From positions 217,392 through 281,391 of the forward strand of contig JAIUOD010000003.1 of the NCBI GenBank assembly GCA_020161405.1: a stretch of 64,000 nt of DNA. Direction: 5' to 3'. Source of the DNA: Pseudomonadota bacterium. GTDB lineage: Bacteria; Pseudomonadota; Alphaproteobacteria; Caulobacterales; Aquidulcibacteraceae. The position numbers were made by a program, and so were the translations under genes. Below the pieces are notes generated by a model. That model was not told the origin of the DNA, did no database searches, and saw only the letters and a program-made list of their open reading frames with translations. Shown here in pieces: positions 28,514 to 39,451 of the stretch; position 1 is the first letter of the stretch, and every line of letters starts with the position of its first letter.

Positions 28514-29337
28514 TTACCAGATATTATATCCGCAATTTTAAAGAAGCCTTCGGGATCAAGATTTTCAGGTCTGATGGTCGGATCTATATTTGCTTTTTCT
28601 AAGATCTGCGCTGCATTTCCGATTGAATTTAGACTAGAGCGTAGCATCTTGCGCCTTTGATTAAAGGCCGCCGCAGTTGCTTTTGATAAAGCGTCTAAAT
28701 TTGTATAAATTTGAGTTTTAGGGCGTAAATTTACAATTGCGCTTTCAACCTTTGGCGGCGGTGTGAAGGCAAGGCGTGGGACATGCATTGCGATTTGTGC
28801 GTCCATACAGGCATATGTCAAAATTGCAAGGCGTCCATAATGCTGCATGTTGGTTTTAGCGCTAATGCGCATCGCAACTTCGGTTTGGAACATTAATGTC
28901 ATTGGCCATGCTTTTTCAGGCCCTAAAAGCCAATTAATAAGCATTTGTGTACCGACATTGTATGGAAGGTTTGCGATAATTGTTGGTTTTGCATCAGGAA
29001 TATTTAATTCATTTAAGATTTCATGTGGTTTTATTTTTAAGGCATCGCCTTCTATAATTTGAAATCTATCACCAAATCCATTGAAATATTCACGCAAATG
29101 GGCGGCAAATCTTTCATCTTTTTCAATAACAATTACTTTTTTTGCAGGTGAATTAAGTAATGCCTGTGTAAGGCCGCCAGGCCCTGGGCCAATTTCAAAA
29201 ATGATTGAATTTTCATCAATATCGGCAAGTTTAGCAATCTTAGTAGTAAGATTTATATCAAGCAAGAAATGTTGACCAAGGCTTTTTTTTGCAAAAAGCC
29301 CATTTTCATGTAATATTTGTGAGAGTGAATTATCCAT
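28510..29337 (-). CDS. rsmA: 16S rRNA m6,2A1518/1519 dimethyltransferase
   Basis: KKSLGQHFL, EIGPGPG, ANLPYN, FTPPPKVES. Confidence 0.97.
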   Translation of the reverse strand: MDNSLSQILHENGLFAKKSLGQHFLLDINLTTKIAKLADIDENSIIFEIGPGPGGLTQALLNSPAKKVIVIEKDERFAAHLREYFNGFGDRFQIIEGDALKIKPHEILNELNIPDAKPTIIANLPYNVGTQMLINWLLGPEKAWPMTLMFQTEVAMRISAKTNMQHYGRLAILTYACMDAQIAMHVPRLAFTPPPKVESAIVNLRPKTQIYTNLDALSKATAAAFNQRRKMLRSSLNSIGNAAQILEKANIDPTIRPENLDPEGFFKIADIISGN

Positions 29338-30343
29338 ACATATGCCGATTTTGTGCCATTAAGTGCGCAGTTTTCAATGCATTAATAAAACTTTGTGGAT
29401 TGGCAATGTTTTTACCTGCAATTTCATAGCCAGTTCCATGATCAGGTGAAGTTCTAATGATTGGCAAACCTAATGTAACATTTACACCGCCCCAAAAATC
29501 CAGTGCTTTAATTGGAATAAGGCCTTGATCGTGATACATTGCAATATATGCATCATATTTTGTGCGATTAAATGATGAAAACGCGCTATCTGCTGGCAGG
29601 GCATCAGTACAATCAATCCCATTTTGCCGTAATTTATTACATATTGGGTTTATGATTTCTTGTTCTTCTTTACCAATCATTCCACTTTCACCAGCGTGTG
29701 GATTTAAACCTAATATGGCAATTTTTGGATTATTTATTGCAAAATCACGTTTTAAAGATTCATAAGTCGCAATTATAATTTTTTCAATTAAATCATGGGT
29801 TAATATTTTTGAAACATTGGATAATGGCGTGTGAATAGTGGCTAATGCAACTTTTAACCCATCAATCATAAGCATCATAACAGGGCCACGTACTCCATTA
29901 TAATTTACATTTTCGCATATTGACGCAACAAATTCAGTATGCCCTGGATGCTTAAAACCGGCTTCATAAAGTGGTGCTTTTGATATTGGTAAAGTGCAAA
30001 TTGCGCTACATTCACCATTAGTCACGCTATTTGTAGCGCTTTCGATAAAATTTATTATTGCGCTTGCATTAGCTGAATTTGGAATGCCAAATATTGGCGA
30101 CGATTTAAGTTTTATAGGCTCGTAAATTCCGATAGATTTTGAATAATCAAAGCGTTGAAGCGGGCTTTCTAGGCGTAATAATGGCGTTTCAATATTAATT
30201 GCTTTTGCGCAATCAATCATTGCATCATAATCACCAAAAATTATAAAATCGGCATAATCTTCATTCTTGATTTCATGCCATGCCTTAATTGCGATTTCGC
30301 AGCCAATACCCGAAGGGTCACCCATTGAAACCGCAATTGGCAT
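29330..30343 (-). CDS. pdxA: 4-hydroxythreonine-4-phosphate dehydrogenase
   Basis: SMGDPSGIG, GHTE, LNPHAGE, MYHDQG, RTSPDHGT. Confidence 0.97.
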   Translation of the reverse strand: MPIAVSMGDPSGIGCEIAIKAWHEIKNEDYADFIIFGDYDAMIDCAKAINIETPLLRLESPLQRFDYSKSIGIYEPIKLKSSPIFGIPNSANASAIINFIESATNSVTNGECSAICTLPISKAPLYEAGFKHPGHTEFVASICENVNYNGVRGPVMMLMIDGLKVALATIHTPLSNVSKILTHDLIEKIIIATYESLKRDFAINNPKIAILGLNPHAGESGMIGKEEQEIINPICNKLRQNGIDCTDALPADSAFSSFNRTKYDAYIAMYHDQGLIPIKALDFWGGVNVTLGLPIIRTSPDHGTGYEIAGKNIANPQSFINALKTAHLMAQNRHMYG

Positions 30344-30344
30344 A

Positions 30345-31640
30345 TTATCTTTTCACAATCGCGGCATCGCGGCGAATATCACGCAAGTAACGGCGCGCAA
30401 TAAGATTTAATTCTTGATCATGCAAATTATCTTCAATCTGTTCGGCAGTTGGGATGTCTTCACCTGAAATTACTTTTTCGCACATGAAAGTTATGTTTAA
30501 GCCATTTTTAGTGCGCATTATTTCAGTGCTTCCACCTTGCGGAAGGTTTGATATTGCCGCCAAAAGTTCTGGATTAAGGTCTTTATCTTCAATTGAACCA
30601 AGATTATTTGCGCTTAGACCATTCGCTTTGGCAACACGTTCAATATTCGCACAATTGCCTTTTACTTGGCTTTTTGATGCAAGTAATTGTGACTGAACTT
30701 TGCGTGTATTTGCATCGTCACTATTAGCCGCTAGATTTTTAGAAATCTGTTTCAATGTGTAAGTGGTTGTAAGATCTTTTGCTTCATGTTTACCGGCAAC
30801 GCCAATAATCATATATCCACCTTGCACTTTAATTGGGTCAGAAACTTGACCAGTTTCAACTTTATCAACAACGGCGGCAACTTCAGGGCGTAATTCACCA
30901 GCAAGAACCCAACCAATATTTCCACCCGTCGCAGCTGATGGCGCATAAGAATAAATTTCCGCAGTAGTTTTGAAACTATCACCAGCGCGAAGTTTTTGAA
31001 CAAGTGTTTGTGCGCCTTTTAAAGTTTGCGCATCTTCTTCTGGTGTTGGGCTTTCAATGAAAATTTCTGAGACGGAATATTGTGTTTTATTCGCAGATGC
31101 CTGAATGCGTGATACGGCTTCTTTAACCCTATCTGGTGAAACTTTTACACGGCTTCCAAAGCGACCAACAACAATTCTTTGCCATGCAACTTCAGCACGT
31201 ACAGTATCACGATATGACGCAACAGAAAGACCAGATGAATTAAGGTCAGAATATAATTGCTGAAGGGTACCACCATTTGCTTTAACGCGCCCATCGATTA
31301 TACGATCAACTTCGGCATCGCTTATATTTAATTTAAATCTTTTAGCTTCTTGCAATTGTAAGCGCTCATTTATTAGTGCGTCCAATGCTTGCGTTGCGGC
31401 CTGTGCGATAATTTCATCAGTTGGTTGCGTAATGTTTTGACGTGCAAATAAATATCTAACGCGCTGGCGAACATCAAATGAAGTAATTGGCACGTCATTC
31501 ACAATTGCTGATACGCCTTCATTGAATTGGAATGATTGAGCAATCGCCACATTGGATGTGCCATTGCACAATGTTGCAAGACCTACGCCGCAAGTGACAA
31601 TTTTCGCTAAAAAGCCAGTTTTGCTTTTTGAAATTTTCAT
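30345..31640 (-). CDS. surA: SurA-like periplasmic chaperone/PPIase
   Basis: Signal peptide, AIVNDVPIT, parvulin-like GGNIGW; lptD-surA-pdxA-rsmA synteny. Confidence 0.9.
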   Translation of the reverse strand: MKISKSKTGFLAKIVTCGVGLATLCNGTSNVAIAQSFQFNEGVSAIVNDVPITSFDVRQRVRYLFARQNITQPTDEIIAQAATQALDALINERLQLQEAKRFKLNISDAEVDRIIDGRVKANGGTLQQLYSDLNSSGLSVASYRDTVRAEVAWQRIVVGRFGSRVKVSPDRVKEAVSRIQASANKTQYSVSEIFIESPTPEEDAQTLKGAQTLVQKLRAGDSFKTTAEIYSYAPSAATGGNIGWVLAGELRPEVAAVVDKVETGQVSDPIKVQGGYMIIGVAGKHEAKDLTTTYTLKQISKNLAANSDDANTRKVQSQLLASKSQVKGNCANIERVAKANGLSANNLGSIEDKDLNPELLAAISNLPQGGSTEIMRTKNGLNITFMCEKVISGEDIPTAEQIEDNLHDQELNLIARRYLRDIRRDAAIVKR

Positions 31641-31759
31641 GCCTAAACTATCGCCATTTCTTATCTAAATAACTTTATAAGCCTCAATAAGGCTAAAATA
31701 TAAATTTCTCAATCTAAACTCTATGCTATTAATGATTTTTAATCATAAATTATACAGAA

Positions 31760-34012
31760 TTAATATGGTTTAAACGGACTATCATCAAGCACACCGAGCG
31801 ATTTGAAAGCGATTTGAACCTTAAAGCTCTTTGACGGCTCAACAAAGCGATTGGTTGTATTGGTCTCCTGATAGAAAAGACGCAAAGTTGTGCAATCGTC
31901 GGTCAAGTCAATACCTGCACGTGTGTACCAGTGGCGCTTAGCGTTTAAATCATACCAATCATCGGCAAATAATTTTATGTTTTTGGTCAATTGATATGAA
32001 CCGCCATATGTAATCTCATCATTTGGTAAATGAGAAGTTCCAAGGCCGCTAGCCAATTTTTGATAGCGTGCATTAAATTGCGCAGGGCCATAGGTTGCAC
32101 TTGCCGTAACAGAAGTGCGCACCAATTTTCCCTTATCATTTAATCTTACATCACCGGCAATATTAAGGTTGGATTTGATTTTTAAATTAGTTTGTATTGC
32201 CCAATCACTTTTTTTAGAATCAAAATTGCTTATGCGGTCAAGATATGGGTTTGCATCGCTTCTATATTGTTTGGCTATAAATAGGTTAGCAGAAATATCT
32301 TTTTTGGTCGCTATGCCAAAATTTGCACCAATGGTAATTTTTGAGCCACCATCCCAATAATCATAAATGCTTGAATGATTGGAATGGAAATAGCTTTGAG
32401 TATCATTTTCTAGGCCAATAGCATCTTCGAGTGTGATTTTGCCTTGTTTCTTGTCGATTGTAGCGGTCGCTATATTAACTCTTGGCTCTATTGTAAAAGT
32501 TGTCTTGTCATTAAATTTTGCCAGAGGCCAACGAAAATCTATATCAGCAGAAGCATTTGCGCGACTTAAGCTATTATTTCCAATATTAACACCCAAATTA
32601 TTGCGTTGATTTTTATAATTATAATAATCACTGCGTGCATATATATTTGGCGTTATTATGATGCCGTTATTTAATATTTTTTGGCCAGTCCAATTCAATG
32701 CGACACTGCCACGCGCAGTCTTTTGACCGTCATCCTTGCGGTCAAGATATAGCATTGATGATTTAGCATTAAGATTGCCAGCCATAGGGCCAAAATGCCA
32801 TGATTTTTCAATATCAATCGCAGGCATTACAATAGGTGTATTTAAGCGTCTTTGTGCTGAAACTAAATCTTGAAAATGAACGCCCAAAATACGTGAATAA
32901 AAGTTTTTTCTTTTTCCTTCAACGTAAATTTGGTTTAACAATCTTGAGCCAGTAGAAAATATTGGCCCGCGATGATCATCGTGCCCTGAAATTCCATATC
33001 TAAAAAGATATAGGTCATCAGACGCATTTTCAGCGCCAAAACCCCAAGTCCAAGTATCATTTATTTTGAAAGCGCCCGTTCCAAACAAGTGACCACGCCA
33101 AGTACTATCACCAAATTTTTCACCATCTTTTTTAAAGAATTTTTCCTTGGTTAGTGAGCCTTCAAGTAAAACCTTACCAGAGTAAAAATTGCGTTTATAA
33201 TCGGCAAATAAAATTGAATTTACATATTGATTATATTGTGGCGCCAAAATCAATTCTGATGATGGGTCAATAACCCATAAATATGGCTGCTTATAAGTTG
33301 TGCCCAATCGGCCAGAATGTCCAGGTGTTCCCATTAATAGACCAGAATGACGCCCAGCGGTTGGGTCGCCATGTCTAAAATATGGAATATATAGAATTGG
33401 CACGCCCTTAACTTCAAATACAACATCATTGTAACTTAAAGTACGTTCTTTTGGATTTTGTACCGCAGTTCGCGCCCGTATTTGCCATGTTGGCCGCGGG
33501 TGTTTTGCGCAGACAGGGCAGGCAGAATATACGGTTTTTGATAGAATATTGCGTCCATTCTGATTGCGCAATGCAACCTTAGCGGCGACTGTACTGCCAT
33601 CGCCAAGGCGCGCCGCAAAATTTGTTACAATGCCAGATGCCAAAGTGTCATCAACGGTTATTTCGTCAGCATAGGTTGTGGTTCCATCCTTCTCAATGAT
33701 GGTAACATTGCCGTATGCTTTAACTATACCGGTATTCTGGTCATAGGTAAGTTTATCAGAAATAAGTCTTTTACCCTGATGACGTGCTTCTACATGACCG
33801 GTTGCAACAATTGTGAAATCATCTTCTGAACGTGAAACATTATCTGCATTTAATAATACATTATCGTTTTCGTTCGGACCATTTGTTGAAAGTGTATCGC
33901 TTTTTGAGCTTAAGTTGCTATTTTGTGCATGTGCAACGCCATGGCAACTTGCGGCAATAAAAATACCGGCAAAGAAAATTGCATTTTTATGTTGGTTGCG
34001 TTTTGAGCTCAT
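31760..34012 (-). CDS. lptD: LPS assembly outer-membrane protein LptD
   Basis: Signal peptide, YSACPVC...PTWQIRA, PILYIPY, beta-barrel, C-terminal DDC. Confidence 0.92.
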   Translation of the reverse strand: MSSKRNQHKNAIFFAGIFIAASCHGVAHAQNSNLSSKSDTLSTNGPNENDNVLLNADNVSRSEDDFTIVATGHVEARHQGKRLISDKLTYDQNTGIVKAYGNVTIIEKDGTTTYADEITVDDTLASGIVTNFAARLGDGSTVAAKVALRNQNGRNILSKTVYSACPVCAKHPRPTWQIRARTAVQNPKERTLSYNDVVFEVKGVPILYIPYFRHGDPTAGRHSGLLMGTPGHSGRLGTTYKQPYLWVIDPSSELILAPQYNQYVNSILFADYKRNFYSGKVLLEGSLTKEKFFKKDGEKFGDSTWRGHLFGTGAFKINDTWTWGFGAENASDDLYLFRYGISGHDDHRGPIFSTGSRLLNQIYVEGKRKNFYSRILGVHFQDLVSAQRRLNTPIVMPAIDIEKSWHFGPMAGNLNAKSSMLYLDRKDDGQKTARGSVALNWTGQKILNNGIIITPNIYARSDYYNYKNQRNNLGVNIGNNSLSRANASADIDFRWPLAKFNDKTTFTIEPRVNIATATIDKKQGKITLEDAIGLENDTQSYFHSNHSSIYDYWDGGSKITIGANFGIATKKDISANLFIAKQYRSDANPYLDRISNFDSKKSDWAIQTNLKIKSNLNIAGDVRLNDKGKLVRTSVTASATYGPAQFNARYQKLASGLGTSHLPNDEITYGGSYQLTKNIKLFADDWYDLNAKRHWYTRAGIDLTDDCTTLRLFYQETNTTNRFVEPSKSFKVQIAFKSLGVLDDSPFKPY

Positions 34013-34053
34013 TTTATTTGTCTAAACTTGTTCGCTTTGATTTGGCAATAATA

Positions 34054-35166
34054 CTAATCATTAAAATTTACTTCGCCATCTTCACGCATGGAGAAGAAGG
34101 CAAGGGTTGCAGCTAAAATAAAAATTGGCGGACAAAATGCAGCAATAAATGGCGGTAATATTCCGCTTGTCGCCAAAAGCCCTGTCATGTCGCCAAGAAA
34201 GAACATTAAAAAGCCAACGAAAATTGCAATCGCAACTGATTGTATTTTGCCACCACTTCTATCAAGGCTAATTGACATAAGACCTGCAAACAATGCCATT
34301 GATAGCATGGTAATGGGAAGTGCCAACAATTTATAAAATTGAAGCCAGAATTTATTTGGTGACCCACCCGACGCTTTTGCTTTTTTCGCTGCATCAGGAA
34401 TTTCCCAAATCGGCAATGATTTAACGTCCATATTTGTCGAATCGCGGCTATCTTTATTTAATTCAATTTTGATATTTGCATTTTCAACATTAGCAATTCC
34501 AGTTGCCGAGACCATTGCATTATTAGCGGTAATATTAGTTGCGCTAATTAAAATATCATTGGCATCAATGCGCCTTATAAAATTGATACCATCTTTTTGA
34601 TATTCAAAAATTGCACCATTTTTATATATTTTTGTTCCATTATTTTGATTTTCCAAAGTGCCATATATAATAACCTGCCCATTTTTTGTTGGCATAGTTG
34701 TCCAATTGCGACTTGTAGAATTTGGAAGAGTCGTGACAATGTTTGAATTAAGGTTGCTTTTTATATTTTCGTATTTTTGATTTAATTGTGCCGCAACGGG
34801 ACCTATAATCAATACAATCACCAATCCCAAGCCAACCGCAAGCGCCCCTAATGGTGCAAGAAAGCGCCATGCAGAAATACCCGCTGCGCGCATCGCAATG
34901 ATTTCAGAGCGTCTTGATAAACCTGTAAAGGTCAAGATAGAGGCAATTAAGACAGTTAATGGGGTGGTTTGCTGCACAAGACCTGGCAATCTTAAGCCTG
35001 TAAAATAAAGTGCGGTTCCAAATCCTGCGCCTTTTATACCGGAAATTGCGCGTAATTGTTCAACAAGATCAACCAATATAATGGCAACACAAATTGCACT
35101 TAGTGCAATCAAAAGACCATATAAAGCCTGTGTGAATATATATTTATCAAGGCGATTAAATAGCAT
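34054..35166 (-). CDS. lptG: LPS export permease LptG
   Basis: RRSEIIAMRAAGISAW; YjgP/YjgQ topology. Confidence 0.9.
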   Translation of the reverse strand: MLFNRLDKYIFTQALYGLLIALSAICVAIILVDLVEQLRAISGIKGAGFGTALYFTGLRLPGLVQQTTPLTVLIASILTFTGLSRRSEIIAMRAAGISAWRFLAPLGALAVGLGLVIVLIIGPVAAQLNQKYENIKSNLNSNIVTTLPNSTSRNWTTMPTKNGQVIIYGTLENQNNGTKIYKNGAIFEYQKDGINFIRRIDANDILISATNITANNAMVSATGIANVENANIKIELNKDSRDSTNMDVKSLPIWEIPDAAKKAKASGGSPNKFWLQFYKLLALPITMLSMALFAGLMSISLDRSGGKIQSVAIAIFVGFLMFFLGDMTGLLATSGILPPFIAAFCPPIFILAATLAFFSMREDGEVNFND

Positions 35167-36298
35167 TTAAACCAACCTTTCCCGCTTTAAAATCTGCATT
35201 AAGGCCAAATGCACTAGCTGATTTTAACATACCCATTTTGCGAGCAAGAAAAATTATTGTTCCAATTGGAATTAAATATTGAAGAAAATTAAGGCCTGAA
35301 TTATCGGTATAGACACCTTGCAAACCCGATTGCGCAAGTAATAACATTAGCATACCAATAGAAGCATTTAAGATTTGCCGACCAAAACCACGACGCGAAA
35401 ACTCCCCGCCTAAAATTGCCCATAAAGCAAGCATTGCACAAGCAATTGAATTTAGTGGCGAAGAAAACCTTCTATGCGCCTCTGCAAGTAATTCACCCTT
35501 ATGCGACCTGTCCCAATAATTTGTTTTGTCAGGAAAGAATAAATCTTGGGTATATCTATCGGGCGGTTTGAAGAAAAGTTCGCGCTCTTCCATTTGAAAG
35601 CCGGATAATTCCATTACATATTGGGTAAAACCAATAATTTCTGGTTGGCCTTTCGAATTTAAACGATGAACCGCACCATCTTTCATTGATATAGCGGGAA
35701 TACCTTGAATTTTCACAACTGATCCAGATTGGGCAACATAAGAAACAGGTGAATTTGGGTTCCTATTATCAGAGATTACAAGGCCACCCATATCACCACC
35801 TGGATCAATTTTACGTGTGTAAATTGTAAGACCTTTTATTGGTTCACGAAATTGCGCCTCCCGAACCAAGGTTGTGGCAACATCAGAACGTATTGCAAAT
35901 AATTTTGCACGCATTGCTTGATAAGAAAGCGGCTGGATGAATAAATTGATAAATAAAGTAATCAAAGCAACAATTGTTGCAAGGCGAATCATTGGTTGGC
36001 AAACTTGCCAAATACTTAGGCCGCCCGAATAGCCAACAACAATTTCATTCTCCGAATAAAGTCGCCCATAAACCATAACAATAGTTGCAAAAATTGCGAT
36101 GGGCGCAACAACTGCCATGAATTGAGGTGTCGCAAGTGCCGATATTGAAAGGATTGTTAATGGGTTTTGACCGCGTTCAATCAACAAATCCAATTGGGTT
36201 AAGGATTGGGTGAATAGTGCAAGTAATGCAAGACCTGTGGTAATTGCAAGAAACGGCCCCAAGGAAACCATTAATATATATTTTTGTATTTTTAGCAT
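35156..36298 (-). CDS. lptF: LPS export permease LptF
   Basis: ENEIVV, ELLAEAHRRF; first of the YjgP/YjgQ pair. Confidence 0.9.
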   Translation of the reverse strand: MLKIQKYILMVSLGPFLAITTGLALLALFTQSLTQLDLLIERGQNPLTILSISALATPQFMAVVAPIAIFATIVMVYGRLYSENEIVVGYSGGLSIWQVCQPMIRLATIVALITLFINLFIQPLSYQAMRAKLFAIRSDVATTLVREAQFREPIKGLTIYTRKIDPGGDMGGLVISDNRNPNSPVSYVAQSGSVVKIQGIPAISMKDGAVHRLNSKGQPEIIGFTQYVMELSGFQMEERELFFKPPDRYTQDLFFPDKTNYWDRSHKGELLAEAHRRFSSPLNSIACAMLALWAILGGEFSRRGFGRQILNASIGMLMLLLAQSGLQGVYTDNSGLNFLQYLIPIGTIIFLARKMGMLKSASAFGLNADFKAGKVGLNAI

Positions 36299-36440
36299 TC
36301 TGAATACTTATATAGTCCGTATAAATTGCAATTCAATTAACTTACATTAATGATGTCAAACCCTAGCTAATTGAAAAAACATACCTTATTATCCCTATAT
36401 ATAGTTTCGCTAAGAATTTAAGCGAATTTGGAGTTAAAAT

Positions 36441-37928
36441 ATGAAAATAAGTTTCAAGAGCGACGAAAATGCATCAATTCAAATAATTTTTGGCGGTTCT
36501 AAGAATGATGAATTTGCTTTTAGCGCGCCTGCGGCAAAATTTGATGACAATTGTGGCAACAAAATTAGCCAAGCTGCGAAAGCTGCAAATTATAAAGGTG
36601 GGGCGAATTCTGTTCTTACAATTCATGCACCAATAGATGGCTTTGCAACATGTGTTTTAGTTGGCCTTGGCGATTTGGATAAAGTCAATGCAGAGGCAAT
36701 TGAAAAAGCAAGTGCTGCAGCAGTAAAATCTGTTTTAACGCATGGCGCAAAAAGCGCGGCAATCTTGGTTCAAGGTTTTGGTGAAAATGACGTTCAATTT
36801 GCCGCAAGTGCGGGATTGGGCGCAAAACTTGCAAGCTATCGCTTTGATAAATATCGCACTAAATTGAAAGATAGCCAAAAAGTTGCATTAGAAGAGGTTT
36901 CAATTGATGTTGCAGAGGCGGCAAGCCTTTATTCGCAATATGATGCGATTGCAGATGGTGTTTATCTTGCACGCGATTTGATGAATGAGCCGCCAAATGT
37001 GCTTACAACAAATGAATTTGCAAACCGTCTTAAAGAATTATCATCTTTGGGTGTTGAAGTTGAAATTATTGATGCCGCAAAAATGGCCGAACTTAAAATG
37101 TTTTCATTTTTAGGTGTTGGTCAAGGTTCGGTTAACCCGCCACAAATCGCAGTAATGAAATATAATGGCGGTGGTGATGAAGCGCCTGTTGCATTGGTTG
37201 GTAAAGGGCTTTGCTTTGATTCTGGCGGCATATCTTTGAAACCATCTGGCGGTATGGAAGATATGAAAGGTGATATGGGCGGCGCTGCAGCAGTTGCGGG
37301 CGCAATGAAAGCAATAGCAGGGCGCAAAGCCAAAGCAAATGTGGTTGCCCTTGTTGGCCTTGCCGAAAATATGCCTGATGCGGGTGCACAGCGTCCGGGC
37401 GATATTGTGACCTCTATGTCTGGTCAAACCATTGAAGTATTGAATACAGATGCCGAAGGGCGTTTGGTTTTGTGTGATGTTCTTACTTATGCACAAGAAA
37501 AGTTTTCTCCAAAATATATTATTGATGCGGCAACATTAACGGGTGCAATTGTAATATCATTGGGTTCAGAATTTGCGGGTCTTTTCACAAATTCAGATGA
37601 AATGGCAAATGGCCTTTCAAAAGCGGGTTATGATAGTGGTGAAAAAGTATGGCGTTTCCCACTTTCGCCTGCTTATGACAAATTACTTGATTCAAATATT
37701 GCCGATATGAAAAATGTTCAACGCTCTGGCCCTGGCGCAGGTGCGGGTTCAATTACAGCGGCGCAATTCTTACAACGCTTTATCAAAGATGGCACAAATT
37801 GGGCGCATTTGGATATTGCTGGAACTGCATGGCAATCAGGAAGTGACGATGCGCGTTGCCCATCATGGGGAACAGGTTTTGGCGTTCGCTTGATTGACAC
37901 TTATATCGCAGATAATTTTGAAAAATAA
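36441..37928 (+). CDS. pepA: Leucyl aminopeptidase (M17)
   Basis: VGKGLCFDSGG, MKGDMGG, NTDAEGRL, HLDIAG. Confidence 0.97.
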   Translation: MKISFKSDENASIQIIFGGSKNDEFAFSAPAAKFDDNCGNKISQAAKAANYKGGANSVLTIHAPIDGFATCVLVGLGDLDKVNAEAIEKASAAAVKSVLTHGAKSAAILVQGFGENDVQFAASAGLGAKLASYRFDKYRTKLKDSQKVALEEVSIDVAEAASLYSQYDAIADGVYLARDLMNEPPNVLTTNEFANRLKELSSLGVEVEIIDAAKMAELKMFSFLGVGQGSVNPPQIAVMKYNGGGDEAPVALVGKGLCFDSGGISLKPSGGMEDMKGDMGGAAAVAGAMKAIAGRKAKANVVALVGLAENMPDAGAQRPGDIVTSMSGQTIEVLNTDAEGRLVLCDVLTYAQEKFSPKYIIDAATLTGAIVISLGSEFAGLFTNSDEMANGLSKAGYDSGEKVWRFPLSPAYDKLLDSNIADMKNVQRSGPGAGAGSITAAQFLQRFIKDGTNWAHLDIAGTAWQSGSDDARCPSWGTGFGVRLIDTYIADNFEK

Positions 37929-38377
37929 TGCAATATTGGTTTTATCATCTTGAAAGATCATCAATAGAAGCGGCAATTGTGCCGCTTCTTGAAAAATGTT
38001 TGCAAAATGATTGGGCGTGTTTAATTCGCGCCCAAAATGCAAATACATTAAATGAATTGGATAAAAAAATCTGGTCCTTCAAACCCGATTCATGGCTTCC
38101 ACACGCCATTGAAGGTGAGGGGGTGGAGGCTTCGGAACAACCCATTTTACTTACTACTTCGGAGGAAAATAGCAATTTTTCACAAGCCTTTTTTATTTTG
38201 GAAAATGCGCCATTAGGTGATATAGATGGCGTTGAACGCATTTTCTATCTAATTGATGGCAATAATGAAGATTTGGTCAAAGCGGCACGAATTGAATATA
38301 AACGCGCCAAAGATGAAGGCTTCGAACTTGCCTATTGGCAACAAAATGAAAATGGCAAGTGGGAGAAGAAGGCGTGA
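37928..38377 (+). CDS. holC: DNA polymerase III chi subunit
   Basis: FYHL, LLEKCL, W...SWLPH, W.K; follows pepA. Confidence 0.93.
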   Translation: MQYWFYHLERSSIEAAIVPLLEKCLQNDWACLIRAQNANTLNELDKKIWSFKPDSWLPHAIEGEGVEASEQPILLTTSEENSNFSQAFFILENAPLGDIDGVERIFYLIDGNNEDLVKAARIEYKRAKDEGFELAYWQQNENGKWEKKA

Positions 38378-38667
38378 AATTATTTTTCTTACTTGGTTTA
38401 TTTATCGGTCAGGGCGAAACGCTGCCGCAAATTACCAATCAAGTGAGTAATCAGGTTGCGCCAATTGTTGAACCATACAAATGCAATGCCAAGCCTTATA
38501 AATACCTAAAAGGGCACATGCTTTCAGAGGTTTTGTCGCTTAAATTACCGCCAAACACACGTATCTATCGTTATGATGACGAGGCGGCTCAATATGATAA
38601 AACTAAAAACCGCCTAAATATCGAACTTGATGACAAGACATTTGTCAGAAGGGTTTATTGTTCTTGA
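38374..38667 (+). CDS. Exported I78 peptidase-inhibitor-like protein
   Basis: GTG start overlapping the holC stop; C...G...RIY...D...RLNI.LD...V..VYC pattern. Confidence 0.6.
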   Translation: MKLFFLLGLFIGQGETLPQITNQVSNQVAPIVEPYKCNAKPYKYLKGHMLSEVLSLKLPPNTRIYRYDDEAAQYDKTKNRLNIELDDKTFVRRVYCS

Positions 38668-38724
38668 GATTTAAACCCGCTATAGAGCCGCGCAACTAAA
38701 ATATTTCCCCGAGGAGTTTATATA

Positions 38725-39147
38725 ATGGCTTTAGAGCGTACTTTTTCTATTTTAAAACCTGATTGCACACGCCGTAATTTAACTGGTGCAGTTAATGCAA
38801 TGATTGAAGCGGCTGGCCTTCGCATTGTTGCGCAAAAACGCGTTCACATGACACAAGCACAAGCAGAAACATTCTATGCAGTTCATAGCGAGCGCCCATT
38901 CTTTGGTGAATTGGTTGAATTTATGACTTCTGCACCTGTTGTTGTTCAAGTTCTTGAAGGTGACAATGCAGTTTTGGCTTATCGTACAGTAATGGGCGCA
39001 ACAAATCCTGCAAATGCTGATGAAGGCACAATCCGTAAAGTTCATGCCGTTTCAATGGGTGAAAATACTGTTCATGGTTCTGACAGTGTTGAAAATGCAG
39101 CAATCGAAATTGCACAATTCTTTAGCGGTAATGAAATTGTTGGCTAA
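38725..39147 (+). CDS. ndk: Nucleoside diphosphate kinase
   Basis: [24 protein letters not shown]. Confidence 0.99.
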   Translation: MALERTFSILKPDCTRRNLTGAVNAMIEAAGLRIVAQKRVHMTQAQAETFYAVHSERPFFGELVEFMTSAPVVVQVLEGDNAVLAYRTVMGATNPANADEGTIRKVHAVSMGENTVHGSDSVENAAIEIAQFFSGNEIVG

Positions 39148-39173
39148 TTAAATTTTTGACATATTATAATATT

Positions 39174-39207
39174 ATAAGCGCAACTATTTAGTTGCGCTTA
39201 TTTTTTT
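39174..39207 (+). terminator. Intrinsic terminator of ndk
   Basis: ataagcgcaact-attt-agttgcgcttat plus T tract. Confidence 0.88.
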
Positions 39208-39240
39208 CTCTATATATCTAATCATCAGAGGGTTATATTT

Positions 39241-39447
39241 ATGTCTGAAATTATTATTTTTGTTGGGGTATTATTGCTTGCTGCTATTTTTGCAATTATT
39301 AATCCAATAAAAGAAAAAAAGCGAAATGAAGGCTATAGTGATGGAGAGCCTAATTTCATTTCTTCTGACGGTAACAATGATATTAGTTCAAATTGTAGTG
39401 GCGATTTTGGGGGCGATTGTGGCGGTGATGGCGGCGGCGGTGATTAA
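39241..39447 (+). CDS. Small single-TM protein with Gly/Asp/Cys-rich tail
   Basis: N-terminal hydrophobic helix; tail SSNCSGDFGGDCGGDGGGGD; fills the gap with no competing ORF. Confidence 0.65.
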   Translation: MSEIIIFVGVLLLAAIFAIINPIKEKKRNEGYSDGEPNFISSDGNNDISSNCSGDFGGDCGGDGGGGD

Positions 39448-39451
39448 AAAT

